From Promethearchaeota archaeon (lineage in GTDB: Archaea > Asgardarchaeota > Lokiarchaeia > Sigyniarchaeales > SOKP01), in the NCBI GenBank assembly GCA_019894975.1, contig JAGXNO010000016.1, positions 1 through 64,000 on the forward strand: a stretch of DNA of 64,000 nucleotides, written 5' to 3'. The notes beneath the pieces are model-generated. The model ran no database searches, was not told where the DNA came from, and saw only the letters and a program-made list of their open reading frames with translations. This document shows positions 29,664 through 40,162 of this stretch, one piece after another (position 1 is the stretch's first letter; each line of letters starts with the position of its first letter). Made by a program: the position numbers and the translations under genes.

Positions 29664-30686
29664 GTGAACCTAAATAAAAATGAAAGGTCAGGAATAAGAA
29701 GAACTCTTAGACTTCCATTCTTCATAATTCTTCTTTTAATAGGAACAGGTATTCTTATAAATATTACCTCATCAAACCTTTACAAATTGAGAAAAACAGG
29801 TAGCGAGGGATTTCCCGATTTCATAACTGCAAATGATGATTATTTTGTAACAAGGATTGGAGATATCCCTAATATTGATCCAGAATCATATACACTTACT
29901 GTGTGGGGACAAATAGATAATCCACGTGATTTCACAATTAATGAACTATACTCTTTAAATCAAACTGAACGGATCTTAACAACGGAATGTATTGGTAACC
30001 CTACTAATGGGCCACTTTTATCCACAGCAGCATGGAAAGGGTTTTTAGTATATGACCTTATAGAATCACATGGGCTGAGATCTAATGCTACAGGGGTGAA
30101 ATATATCGCCGCTGATGGATACTATGTCTATCACACCCTTGAACAACTAATATTAAATGGAACCATAGGAGCACTCTATATGAATGGAGGGATTTTACCT
30201 CCAGTTCAAGGATTTCCCCTCCGAATCGTCAATCCCGGATCATTTGGAGCTAAACAACCCGCATGGGTAACAGAAATAAAAATTATTGATATGCCTATTA
30301 ACGATTACTGGGATGATAGGGGTTGGGACACATCTCCTCCGATGGATGTTGATTCTACAATATTTTTCCCCCAAGGTAGTGTGGAAGTACATGTTGGGCT
30401 ACCACTAGAAATTGGAGGAGCTGCATTTGGAGGAACTCGAATTTTTATCGTTGAGTATACTATTAATGATGGTTCAAATTGGAATCAAGCATACATTAAC
30501 ACATCAATTGACGTGGATCATGTATGGGTCTTCTGGAAAGTTTTAGTCACTTTTAATGAAACTGGAACGTATTCGTTTTATACAAAAGCAACCGATATTT
30601 ACAATAACACACAGCCATTCAATGATCCCTTCAAAAAGGATGGGTCAAACAGTTGGCCTAGAATGATTATTAATGTAATAAATTAA
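29664..30686 (+). CDS. Sulfite oxidase-family molybdopterin oxidoreductase, exported/membrane anchored
   Basis: N-terminal TM; ECIGN (Mo-ligand Cys), AADGY, MNG..LP..QGFPLR...PG..G.K; C-terminal Ig-like domain. Confidence 0.88.
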   Translation: MNLNKNERSGIRRTLRLPFFIILLLIGTGILINITSSNLYKLRKTGSEGFPDFITANDDYFVTRIGDIPNIDPESYTLTVWGQIDNPRDFTINELYSLNQTERILTTECIGNPTNGPLLSTAAWKGFLVYDLIESHGLRSNATGVKYIAADGYYVYHTLEQLILNGTIGALYMNGGILPPVQGFPLRIVNPGSFGAKQPAWVTEIKIIDMPINDYWDDRGWDTSPPMDVDSTIFFPQGSVEVHVGLPLEIGGAAFGGTRIFIVEYTINDGSNWNQAYINTSIDVDHVWVFWKVLVTFNETGTYSFYTKATDIYNNTQPFNDPFKKDGSNSWPRMIINVIN

Positions 30687-30710
30687 TCTGTGACTGTTTT
30701 ACCTAAAATT

Positions 30711-31715
30711 TTAATCATTCTTTTTATCTGTTTTATTAGAATTATGATTTACTAAATATATTCCTAAAATCACCAAAAATAGGGCAAAAGGATATATGAA
30801 AACATCAAATTCTTCTGGCAAAAATAGAGCAGAGAAAATCACACCAAATAAAGGTACTAATGTCTGAAAGATTGCCGCTCTGCTTGCACCTAAGCGCTTA
30901 ACACCTTCTAAATAGAACGTGTACGCACCTATCGTAGAAATAAATGCCAAATATGAAATTCCAATCCAGATTCGAGGGGGAACATTGAAATATTCAAGAG
31001 GATTAAGATATTGTGGACTAATTACTATAGCTATAGGAGTAATAATTAGAAATCCAAAAAAGGATACCCAAGTAATTATCCAAAGAGAGGATGGCTGATG
31101 AGATTCGAGATTCATCTGAGTTTTATTCAAGAAAAAACGAGAAGTAACTGTATAAACCGCATAAGCAAGTGCAGCTGCGAGTATTAGAATATCCCCAAGA
31201 ATCCTATTTAATACCTGTTCATTTGGGGAAAAACCAACAACGAAAACAACAGCTATAAACGCTAATATGGTTCCAATCAACTTTTTCCAAGTGAAGAATT
31301 CTGTTTTTAAAAATACACTGGAAAGTATTACCACCCAAACTGCGTTTGTTGCTACCATGATACTGGCATCACTAGCAGCGGTAAAAATCTCACCTAAAAG
31401 ATATCCTACTTGATAGATTGTTACAGATAACAAACCCATTAATGCCAAAATCTTCCAGTTTTCCTTAGCAAAACTCCAATTTAATGTCCCCTCCTTATAT
31501 TTTAAAATGAGAAAAAAACAAATCAAGGCAAGAAAATAACGGATCACAGCAATCATAAGTGGTGGAATTGTTGCCCCCCCAACTTTTTCAGATACTAGCC
31601 ATCTTCCTAATGGCCAAGTACCGCCCCAAATAACCATCGTTAAGAGTAATAATAGATAAGCAATGATATCTTGTTTTCTTTTACTACTTAATGGAGGTTT
31701 TTTTCCTTCACTCAT
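30711..31715 (-). CDS. DMT/EamA family transporter
   Basis: About 10 TM, two EamA repeats (IWGGTW, LGASRAA). Confidence 0.9.
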   Translation of the reverse strand: MSEGKKPPLSSKRKQDIIAYLLLLLTMVIWGGTWPLGRWLVSEKVGGATIPPLMIAVIRYFLALICFFLILKYKEGTLNWSFAKENWKILALMGLLSVTIYQVGYLLGEIFTAASDASIMVATNAVWVVILSSVFLKTEFFTWKKLIGTILAFIAVVFVVGFSPNEQVLNRILGDILILAAALAYAVYTVTSRFFLNKTQMNLESHQPSSLWIITWVSFFGFLIITPIAIVISPQYLNPLEYFNVPPRIWIGISYLAFISTIGAYTFYLEGVKRLGASRAAIFQTLVPLFGVIFSALFLPEEFDVFIYPFALFLVILGIYLVNHNSNKTDKKND

Positions 31716-32347
31716 ATTTCCTCATACCATTTATTAATCAAATCTTGTTTTTTGATATATCTAAGAAGATATATAGTTATAATTAAGAATACTACTGTTT
31801 CAATTAGCCAAATAAGATCATATACCCTTATATTACCATCTAGTTCTATTTGTCCAATAGAAAAAGTGCCATAATCAATAATTGAATATAGTAATATTTC
31901 AGGAGATTGTAAAATAAGAGGAAAAAAGAGTTCAATATTCTCATGGGCAGGGAGATCAAGTAAGAGATGTGTCAATCCCCCAATTAATGCAGAATAAATA
32001 CCAACAATAAAGAACTTCTTATTGAATTTTTTTTTCTTTAGATTTTCGAATTTATCAATACCAAGATACCTCATAGGTCTAAATTTTTTTGCCATTTTTG
32101 CCAAAAAAGGACCAAAACACTTGCTAAACAATATGGTTAGAAAAATGGTTAGAGGTATTACTAGTATTAATAAACCTAATAAGCTATGAGTAAAATTTCT
32201 GAATTCAAATGGTAAGAAAGGATTAACCATTACATTTATATCAGGGATTATGGTACCAATGCAAAGAGCTGTTCCATCCAACTTTTTTGGATATTTTAGT
32301 TTTAATATTAATCCTGGTGCTTGATGAGAAAATAGACTACTCGGCAT
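31712..32347 (-). CDS. DUF4184/YdjM-like membrane metal-dependent hydrolase
   Basis: SH, PD, THS, THLLLD motifs. Confidence 0.75.
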   Translation of the reverse strand: MPSSLFSHQAPGLILKLKYPKKLDGTALCIGTIIPDINVMVNPFLPFEFRNFTHSLLGLLILVIPLTIFLTILFSKCFGPFLAKMAKKFRPMRYLGIDKFENLKKKKFNKKFFIVGIYSALIGGLTHLLLDLPAHENIELFFPLILQSPEILLYSIIDYGTFSIGQIELDGNIRVYDLIWLIETVVFLIITIYLLRYIKKQDLINKWYEEI

Positions 32348-32392
32348 TTAACTACAGTTTTTCTTTTGAATTTTAAAATTTTCGTATAAGTA

Positions 32393-33208
32393 TTAACTTT
32401 TTGAAAATCCCCCATGATGGAATTGAATCTTGTAATTAAGTTTCTTATCTTCACAATAATTTGTAATCTCATCTTCAAGAATATCCCAATAACCACGATC
32501 TTTTTGGATTTCCTTATAAGTATTAAGTAGATGTGGAAAATGTTCCTTGATGGTGTTCATTATTCGGGGAACATTATGAGGTCTAAAGTTTAGATTCTCA
32601 AAACTGAATCGATTTGAGTATCCTTCAGCCTTTTCAATAATATCTTTATAATTCGTAATTTCTGGAAAATAGGGGGAAATAAAAGTGTAAGTTTCAATAC
32701 CTGCTTTAGATATCAGTTTAATTGCTTCCAAACGTTCTAAAGGTTTAGACGCAGCTCGTTCTATAATTCTGGCAAAATCTTCATCTAAAGTACTGATTGA
32801 AATACCGACTCGTATATTTTCAAACTTCTTAAATAAATCAATGTCTCTTACTACTAATTTGGATTTCGTGAGCACAGAAACAGTAGCTTTGGTATCAACT
32901 AATTTCTCTAATATCCTTCGAGTATTCTGATATTTCTTTTCTAGGGGTAGGTAAGGATCCGTCACTGAACTGAGCAATATATTCTTTCCATTATATTTTT
33001 CAGGTTTTATCTTATTAATATCAAAAGTTTTAATATCTAGAAACTGACCCCATTTATCCCCCTTATGATTAGTAAATCGTATCATAAATTCAGCATAGCA
33101 ATAGATACAACCGTGCTGACAACCGGTATAAGGATTAATTACGTAATCTATTGAAGGAATATTACTTTTCGTAATAATACTTTTAGCCTTTCGAAAGTCA
33201 ATTTTCAT
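32393..33208 (-). CDS. Radical SAM protein (spore photoproduct lyase-like family)
   Basis: NPYTGCQHGCIYCYA, SSVTDPY, LTKS.LV.RD. Confidence 0.9.
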   Translation of the reverse strand: MKIDFRKAKSIITKSNIPSIDYVINPYTGCQHGCIYCYAEFMIRFTNHKGDKWGQFLDIKTFDINKIKPEKYNGKNILLSSVTDPYLPLEKKYQNTRRILEKLVDTKATVSVLTKSKLVVRDIDLFKKFENIRVGISISTLDEDFARIIERAASKPLERLEAIKLISKAGIETYTFISPYFPEITNYKDIIEKAEGYSNRFSFENLNFRPHNVPRIMNTIKEHFPHLLNTYKEIQKDRGYWDILEDEITNYCEDKKLNYKIQFHHGGFSKS

Positions 33209-33209
33209 G

Positions 33210-34016
33210 TTATAGATCCCTCCTTCTTCTCTGGTAATAAAATAACAAAACAAAAAAGTTTGTAATTAAATGAAAGAACCAAGCATATAGTAACCCCAGT
33301 TGTATTAAGGCAATGAAATATATTAAAGATGAAATCAACAGTGAAATTATTTGCCCTGTATTTTTTAGCGCAACAGTGTGAACGAAACTAAAGAGCAAAG
33401 AACCTATAAGAATCCCCATCCCCATATTGAAATCAAAGTAATATATGAGTGCACTTAATACTAAACTTCGATAAATTAATTCTTCCACAAATGCACTTAA
33501 CGGGAATAATAATGTTAAAGAAAATAGTTTTTCATTATTCATATTATTTGTAAAATAATGAAAAATCTCATCCCCTTTTCCCATTTCAAAATTTCCAGGA
33601 TTTTTTAAGAAATATATGAAGATGATAAATATTTTCACGAAGATTAGCGTTAATAGAGGGAGAAATACATAAATTTTAAAAGAATGCTTTATACCAATTA
33701 GGTCATAAAAGGAAAAGAGAAAAGGGTTGGTATTAGGAATAAAAGAGAATAATAAATCTAGTAAAAAGATTATTGGGATTAAATAGATCAGAATATAAGA
33801 TGTAAAAGCTATTGAGTTTATATCTTTTTGAATTAAGTATTTAAAACTTAATATTAAAGCAGTAACTAGTAAAAAGAATGAGGAAATAAAAATTATACTA
33901 ACATACGCATTAAAAGTCGAATATACAAACCAAAATAGAAAGAACAATAGAATTATGATATTGCTAAAAATAAGATTATTAATTTTAGATCTAATGCTAT
34001 TATTATAATTTAACAT
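33210..34016 (-). CDS. CPBP (CAAX/Abi) intramembrane metalloprotease
   Basis: EELIYR, FSFVH, H..TN in a polytopic membrane protein. Confidence 0.85.
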   Translation of the reverse strand: MLNYNNSIRSKINNLIFSNIIILLFFLFWFVYSTFNAYVSIIFISSFFLLVTALILSFKYLIQKDINSIAFTSYILIYLIPIIFLLDLLFSFIPNTNPFLFSFYDLIGIKHSFKIYVFLPLLTLIFVKIFIIFIYFLKNPGNFEMGKGDEIFHYFTNNMNNEKLFSLTLLFPLSAFVEELIYRSLVLSALIYYFDFNMGMGILIGSLLFSFVHTVALKNTGQIISLLISSLIYFIALIQLGLLYAWFFHLITNFFVLLFYYQRRRRDL

Positions 34017-34163
34017 CTGTATGGAACTTACTTGTTGTATTCCATAAATACAAATTAATTGAAAAATTCCATCATTAAAGTGTATTAGAGATACTATTAA
34101 ATTCCTTTTAAATTAAAATCTTAATAATATTTTGTTATTGGTTTAGGGATTATTCTAAATAAC

Positions 34164-34616
34164 ATGAAAGTTCCTGAGAGATTAGAAACAAAACGGCTCA
34201 TTCTTAGACCTTATTCAGAGGAAGATATTAATCAATTTTTGGATTCATATAAAAATGCAGACCCAGGATTTAGTTTGGTAATCTCTAATAAAGAATATAA
34301 CTCCTATTTAGGAACTTGTGGCTTATATCCAATAAGAGACGGTAATAGTGTAGGGCTAATTTATGCACTCTTACCAAAATTTAGAGGTAATGGATTTGCA
34401 ATCGAGGCAATGCTAAAACTAATAGAATATGTTTTTATTATGTTAAAGATTCCCAAAATCATTGTCTATATCCACCCCGACAATACTCATGGTTGTAAAG
34501 TAGCAGAAAGAATAGGAATGAAATATATGGGTCATGTCCAACACAAAGATTTCATTCCAAAAGCAATGCTGTTAACTCTTACGAAAGATGAATACGTTGG
34601 GCAGCATTTATACTAA
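34164..34616 (+). CDS. RimJ/RimL-like GNAT acetyltransferase
   Basis: LETKRLILRP, FRGNGFA.EA, N....KVAERIGM. Confidence 0.9.
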   Translation: MKVPERLETKRLILRPYSEEDINQFLDSYKNADPGFSLVISNKEYNSYLGTCGLYPIRDGNSVGLIYALLPKFRGNGFAIEAMLKLIEYVFIMLKIPKIIVYIHPDNTHGCKVAERIGMKYMGHVQHKDFIPKAMLLTLTKDEYVGQHLY

Positions 34617-34742
34617 AATTTCATAGAAATGTCGCTTCTATGAATGTTTCTATGAAAGTACCAGGTAGAATTTTCATATTCAATTAATATTTATTTCCTT
34701 AATAATAAGAAGTTTTATTTTATTGGAATTCAATGATTTCTT

Positions 34743-35099
34743 ATGACTTTAAAACCAAATTTAGAAAAATTGTTTCAAGACTGGAACGAGTTAAATATAA
34801 GCACCCAAAAATCTCTTGGAGATTTTGATTTTGCAAAAATAAAAGAAATTAGGGCTAAACAAGGACAGCTTGAAGATTCTATATACGAAATCCTAAAAAC
34901 TAATGCATCAGATGATATTAAAAAAATATTACCTGATGGTTGTGGTGAGATGGAAGTTGGATTTGAGAGTGAAGAGAAGCGATTCTATTTCGTAATGTTC
35001 GATCCTGATTATGAAGAAGAGGATGAGCCTAAGATCATTGCGATTACTATTGATCTTAATGAAAATGTAAGTTTAATTAAAGATTTTAAAATGGAATAA
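34743..35099 (+). CDS. Hypothetical protein
   Basis: Acidic 118-aa ORF. Confidence 0.7.
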   Translation: MTLKPNLEKLFQDWNELNISTQKSLGDFDFAKIKEIRAKQGQLEDSIYEILKTNASDDIKKILPDGCGEMEVGFESEEKRFYFVMFDPDYEEEDEPKIIAITIDLNENVSLIKDFKME

Positions 35100-35128
35100 C
35101 AAATTGAAATAAAAAAAAATTAAAAAAA

Positions 35129-35824
35129 TTATTTAATATTTCTCTTTTTGAGGTATACTAATCCTGCTATTGTTATTAGTGCAAAAATCAAGAAGGAAAA
35201 ACCAAAAGGAATGTCATCTCCTCCTCCCAACCCAAGTGTCATTACAACCATAGTTACTCCAAATATTTGCGCCACTAATTTAGTTACAATCCCATCAGAG
35301 TTATAAGTTAAAATATACGTTCCAAGAATTGCGCCTTCAAGGGTAAGTTTATCTCCCTCGACTAGATAACTTACAAAAAATCCCGTAGACACTGCATATT
35401 CACCAATCATTGTTAAATTTATTGGAGTAGGGATAATTAAATACAATCCGCCCATTGATACGGTACTCTCATAATCAATAAAATTCTGAGTTTCATTCGC
35501 AGCAACATAAAATGCATTATTAATATAAATAAGCCATGAATCTGCTGTTTTATTATAATAACGTAAAGTAGCATTTATCATATAAGAATCAACAGTCATG
35601 TGGGAACCATTATAAATATCCTGGATTGTCAAGTTAAATCTATGACCGCTATATTCAGGTGCTCCACCAGTAGTAGTCCAAATTAAACTTTCGCCTTCAT
35701 CTACGCCAAACGTAGTATCTCCTTGCGTAGTAACACAGGTGGCACTAGAAATAAAGGGGAGGACGAATAAAGTGGTACAGAGTAATACAAGTATAATTTT
35801 CTTTAAATGTTTCATACTTATCAC
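35129..35824 (-). CDS. Exported protein with C-terminal IP-x-G/TM/basic sorting-type tail
   Basis: Signal peptide, GV.EG...W motif, tail GGGDDIPFGF..TM..KKR. Confidence 0.8.
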   Translation of the reverse strand: MISMKHLKKIILVLLCTTLFVLPFISSATCVTTQGDTTFGVDEGESLIWTTTGGAPEYSGHRFNLTIQDIYNGSHMTVDSYMINATLRYYNKTADSWLIYINNAFYVAANETQNFIDYESTVSMGGLYLIIPTPINLTMIGEYAVSTGFFVSYLVEGDKLTLEGAILGTYILTYNSDGIVTKLVAQIFGVTMVVMTLGLGGGDDIPFGFSFLIFALITIAGLVYLKKRNIK

Positions 35825-35999
35825 ATTCTAATTAAAACTTTTTTTTGGATTCAAGATAAATTTAAGTTAAATTATATTTCTATTTTCACCTATTTAACTG
35901 TTAACATTAATTAAAAAGTAAAGAGATATAAATGAAGTTTTAAAATATTCAATTAATGCGAGAATTATAATCTAAAATAATGAATTATCGCAACCAGAT

Positions 36000-36755
36000 G
36001 TGAAAAATTTGTATAAAATCGTCTTATTACGGCATGGGGAAAGCACTTGGAATAAAGAAAACAGATTTACAGGATGGACCGATGTGGATCTTTCAGAAAA
36101 AGGAATTGAAGAAGCCAAAGAAGCTGCCAGATTGTTAGTTGGAGAAGGATATACATTTGATATTGCTTATACTTCTGTTTTAAAAAGAGGGATAAGAACA
36201 TTATGGATTGTACTGGATAAAATGGATTTAATGTGGATTCCTGTCCACCGTTCATGGAGACTTAATGAACGACACTATGGTGCACTTCAAGGTTTCTATA
36301 AAGCTAAGATGGCTGCGGAAGTAGGGGAAGAACAAGTCCTCATTTGGAGGAGAAGTTATGATATTCCCCCTCCTGCTCTCAAAACAAGTGATCCAAGATA
36401 TCCAGGAAATGATAAACGTTATAGTGAATTGAAAGCAGAAGAACTCCCTTTAGCGGAATGTCTCAAAGATACTGTAGAGCGAGTTTTACCTTACTGGCAT
36501 GAGACAATTGTCCCCTCTATTAAATCTGGAAAAAAGATTTTAGTTTCCGCTCATGGAAATAGCTTACGAGCACTTGTCAAATATCTTGATAATGTTCCAG
36601 AAGGAGAAATTGTAAAATTAAATATCCCCACAGGCATACCATTAGTATATGAGTTAGATGAAAAATTAAAACCAACTGACCATTATTATCTTGGAGACAC
36701 CGAAAAGTTAGAAGAAGCAATTAAAGCCGTTGCTGATCAAGGAAAAGCACAATGA
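36000..36755 (+). CDS. gpmA: 2,3-bisphosphoglycerate-dependent phosphoglycerate mutase
   Basis: [52 protein letters not shown]. Confidence 0.97.
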   Translation: MKNLYKIVLLRHGESTWNKENRFTGWTDVDLSEKGIEEAKEAARLLVGEGYTFDIAYTSVLKRGIRTLWIVLDKMDLMWIPVHRSWRLNERHYGALQGFYKAKMAAEVGEEQVLIWRRSYDIPPPALKTSDPRYPGNDKRYSELKAEELPLAECLKDTVERVLPYWHETIVPSIKSGKKILVSAHGNSLRALVKYLDNVPEGEIVKLNIPTGIPLVYELDEKLKPTDHYYLGDTEKLEEAIKAVADQGKAQ

Positions 36756-36863
36756 TTACAATATAATGGTTTATAAAAAAGTTTATAAAAATTAAGAATA
36801 AAATTGAAATACAATTCTTTTGATTTCCTACTTAACTAACTTATTTAATAGGATTCAATAAAA

Positions 36864-37430
36864 ATGAAGATAAATTATAGTATAAAGATTACTGCCTTTT
36901 TTTTGGTTTCGTTTTTATTCATTATTCTTGCTGTAATACCTATTCATCCTGTTAATGCTGCATCATACACAGATTTTTCTATACCCACAGCATATGAAAT
37001 GACAAATAATCACACTCAATATCCTAATTTGGTAATACTTGATGTTAGAGAACAGAATGAATATGATGAAAGTCATTTAATTAACGCAACTTTGATACCA
37101 CTTGGTGAAATTAATGGGAGGATTGATGAACTCGAACCTTATAATGAAACTGAAATACTTGTATATTGCAGATCAGGAGCCAGAAGCGCGTCAGCAAGCC
37201 TAAATCTTGCGGATAATCACGGCTTTACTAAAATTTTCAACATGCTCGGGGGGATTACTGACTGGATTACCGCAGGCTATCCTATTTGGTCACCTGATAA
37301 CGGACAAGAACAACCGACTATCAACTTTTCATTTAACGTATTTATAATAATATTATTTGCGACACTCGGTATTACCTTAATTTATTATTACAGACAGGGA
37401 ATTCAAAATAAAAACTCAGATATTTATTAA
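36864..37430 (+). CDS. Exported, membrane-anchored rhodanese domain protein
   Basis: Signal peptide, LDVRE..EY..H, active loop YCRSGARS, GGI..W, C-terminal TM. Confidence 0.9.
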   Translation: MKINYSIKITAFFLVSFLFIILAVIPIHPVNAASYTDFSIPTAYEMTNNHTQYPNLVILDVREQNEYDESHLINATLIPLGEINGRIDELEPYNETEILVYCRSGARSASASLNLADNHGFTKIFNMLGGITDWITAGYPIWSPDNGQEQPTINFSFNVFIIILFATLGITLIYYYRQGIQNKNSDIY

Positions 37431-37449
37431 AAATTGTTAGTTTCGATTC

Positions 37450-37684
37450 TTAATTACTTTCAAGCTTTCTAAAAATTTTGTATTTTTTCTGTGCAACATA
37501 AAGTCCATAAATAATACCACCAACAATGGTGAGGATTATAATTATTCCCCCAAGAATAAAGAGAATCCCCCCGATATTGTGGGGGGGTATCCCGACAAAT
37601 ATATATCCGGGTATCAAAATAATAATTCCGATTATGAAGAGAATAAATAAGCCGATACCAATTTTCTTAGAAATTTTTTTTCAC
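37450..37684 (-). CDS. Small hydrophobic membrane protein, start out of frame across an A8 tract (or ATT start)
   Basis: 74-codon open frame ISKKIGIGLFILFIIG...KLESN* (37674-37450); GTG at 37684 is out of frame by one A. Confidence 0.5.
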
Positions 37685-37979
37685 TACTAATACTGATTTA
37701 AAAAAATTGTATATTTCACAAATATGTATATCAATTATTTAAACGTTATGAATATGAACCCTATTCTTCAAAAGGATCTCTGGTAGGATCAGTTATCAAA
37801 TGCCTAAAAGAAATGGGGTGAGAACAGCAATTGAAGACGAATATTTGATGATACTTTCACGTATATAAGTTTGAAAAATCGATACAATTCGATTAAAAAA
37901 AATAAAATTATCTTGAAAGTAAAAAAGAATTGAAAGAATCAATTATTACAAAAAAAAAAGTATTAAGAATTTAATTAAA

Positions 37980-38288
37980 TTACCATTTCATCCCAAGCAT
38001 TTCATATGTATCAGATACTCCTGTTAAAGTTTCAATTTGCCAACGAAAACCTTCAATTCCCGTAAGAAATGGCACGAAATATTTGGAAAGCTCCTTTCCA
38101 GCAGCTTCTACTTTTTCTCTTTCTGTATAAATTAAATGGTATTGTTTAGCACCATCTATGCCGCCTGGCGTATTGAAAACACGCCATTTGGTTATATAAG
38201 GTAATTCTCTTGGTTGTTTCAAATACAATTTCGCCATATCCGTGCCTTTATTGTTAGGAACCCAAACTGTTATCATTAAAATTCCCAT
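37980..38288 (-). CDS. Hypothetical small alpha/beta protein
   Basis: 102 aa, preceded by a GAGGTG RBS. Confidence 0.75.
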   Translation of the reverse strand: MGILMITVWVPNNKGTDMAKLYLKQPRELPYITKWRVFNTPGGIDGAKQYHLIYTEREKVEAAGKELSKYFVPFLTGIEGFRWQIETLTGVSDTYEMLGMKW

Positions 38289-38439
38289 GTTGATTTACAC
38301 CTCTAAAATTTTTATTAGATTCTAAGGTAAACCCTTTTTTACATTCAATTTAAAATTTTACATTTTTTTCACAAATAATTCCTCTAAAAAGATGTTGTAA
38401 AGGAAAGTTATTTAAGTCTGATTAAAAAAAATTTATATT

Positions 38440-39228
38440 ATGACAAAAAAATTGTTAATAGATAATCCAACAGTTTCCAATATCGTTTTTTATCCTCGAA
38501 AAACTCCTATCCCAAAAGAAACTGATCCAAACATTAAAGTACTGAAGTTTCAGATTGAAAAAAATGTCCTTATTGGGGGATTTTTTTATTTGAATAATCC
38601 TGAGTTTCCAACAATTTTATTATTTCATGGTAATGGAGAAATTGCCTCAGACTATCAATATTTTTTAGATTTCTTCTTTCGGTGTGGGATAAATTTGACG
38701 GTGGTGGATTTTCGTGGCTACGGGTTTAGTACTGGTAGTCCCTTCTATACAAGCCTAATAATTGATGCCCTTCCCATTTATAACAAATTTCATAAATGGT
38801 TGGTCGAAAATAGTTTAAATGATTCAATATTTATACTTGGTCGTTCTTTAGGAAGCGTTTGTGCTTCTGAAATTGGGTCACATAACCCTGAGAGTTTAAA
38901 GGGAATAATATTTGAAAGTGGGTTTGCAAGTCTCTATGATATGATGACAAGATTATTTAGAGTTAGTGGTCAAGAAATAAATCCTGAATCTTTGAGTGAA
39001 TATTCCAACGATACCAGAATCAGGAAAATTTTAAAACCAATACTAGTAATTCATGGTACTGTTGATTGGATTATCCCATCCACTCAGGGAAAACTAATAT
39101 ATGAAAATATTTTTGAAGGAATTGAAAAAAAATTAGTATTAATTGAAGGTGCTGGTCATAATGATATTTTTTCTTATGAAGATGAATATTTAACTCCATT
39201 AACAGTATTTATTCAGAAATTTAGGTAA
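38440..39228 (+). CDS. Alpha/beta hydrolase (BEM46/ABHD13-like)
   Basis: FHGNGE, DFRGYG.S, GRSLG, HG..D, GAGHND. Confidence 0.92.
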   Translation: MTKKLLIDNPTVSNIVFYPRKTPIPKETDPNIKVLKFQIEKNVLIGGFFYLNNPEFPTILLFHGNGEIASDYQYFLDFFFRCGINLTVVDFRGYGFSTGSPFYTSLIIDALPIYNKFHKWLVENSLNDSIFILGRSLGSVCASEIGSHNPESLKGIIFESGFASLYDMMTRLFRVSGQEINPESLSEYSNDTRIRKILKPILVIHGTVDWIIPSTQGKLIYENIFEGIEKKLVLIEGAGHNDIFSYEDEYLTPLTVFIQKFR

Positions 39229-39346
39229 CCGAACTTTTATTTCATTATTCTTTTTAAGAAATAATTAGAAACTGGACTAAGAATCATTTTATAATTCTTA
39301 ATTTTTAAATTCAATTAAAAGAATAAAGAATTTCCTTATATTCTCG

Positions 39347-39655
39347 ATGGTCTCAACTAAATTGAAATTTTGTCCTTATTGTGGGAAAAGAATTGAAAAA
39401 CATAATAGTAACTTCTGTACCTACTGCGGTAAGAATTTAAAAAGGATTAATAATTCTTCTATCAAGAAGGTAAGTTGTACTATATGTCATGAACCCGTTG
39501 GTTTGAAAGTAAAAGAGAAAATTAAATGTTCTTACTGTGGAAGTCAGTATCATCGAAATTGTATCACATCTTGGTTATTAAAATATAAAACTTGTCCCTT
39601 GTGTTTAAATGTGTTTCTTACGCCAAAGCTAAATTCAATAGAGAATCGATATTAA
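39347..39655 (+). CDS. Zinc-ribbon + RING finger protein
   Basis: FCPYCG..FCTYCG followed by CTIC..C..C..H..C..W..CPLC. Confidence 0.85.
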   Translation: MVSTKLKFCPYCGKRIEKHNSNFCTYCGKNLKRINNSSIKKVSCTICHEPVGLKVKEKIKCSYCGSQYHRNCITSWLLKYKTCPLCLNVFLTPKLNSIENRY

Positions 39656-39840
39656 TAAAAAAAAATGGAAAAGGTAATTAATAATTTCTTTAAAATGAAT
39701 ATACCATTTTCTATAAACCAAGTTAAATTTGCAAAATAACTTATATATTGGTTTCAAAATATATTTATAACTATTGAAATGAAAGAAGAAAAGAGAAAAA
39801 GTGGTTGTTAAAGCCTTAATTCTAAAGGTATAGAATTTTA

Positions 39841-40077
39841 TTATTCTGTTAAAAATTCATGGATCAATATTTCTTTATAATCTGATTCTTTCTCCTCAAA
39901 AGGGATTAGCTCTTCACCATTATATATATCTGGAGCATTAAAACTTTTGAAAGCAACAGAGAAAGGGATGATTAACTTTGAAATATCTGGAAAATTTTCA
40001 GCGATTTCGATTTCAGGTTCTAAATCTTCATATTTTTTATCTAATATTTTTATACTCATTTTATACCCTTTACTCAT
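39841..40077 (-). CDS. Small protein, paralogue family 'PF..IYxGxExIPF'
   Basis: Shares the motif with 40582-40797 and 47720-47956. Confidence 0.75.
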   Translation of the reverse strand: MSKGYKMSIKILDKKYEDLEPEIEIAENFPDISKLIIPFSVAFKSFNAPDIYNGEELIPFEEKESDYKEILIHEFLTE

Positions 40078-40162
40078 TTTATTTAATTTCATTATAAGAT
40101 TGGACCTATTTAAGAGAAAACACCCGACAAATTTAGTGAAATTTTCATCAGTAGAATTGTTT

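Noticed and set aside
37790-37870. Possible response-regulator receiver remnant (YQMPKRNGVRTAIE)
   Set aside because: Too short and degraded to support without a search.
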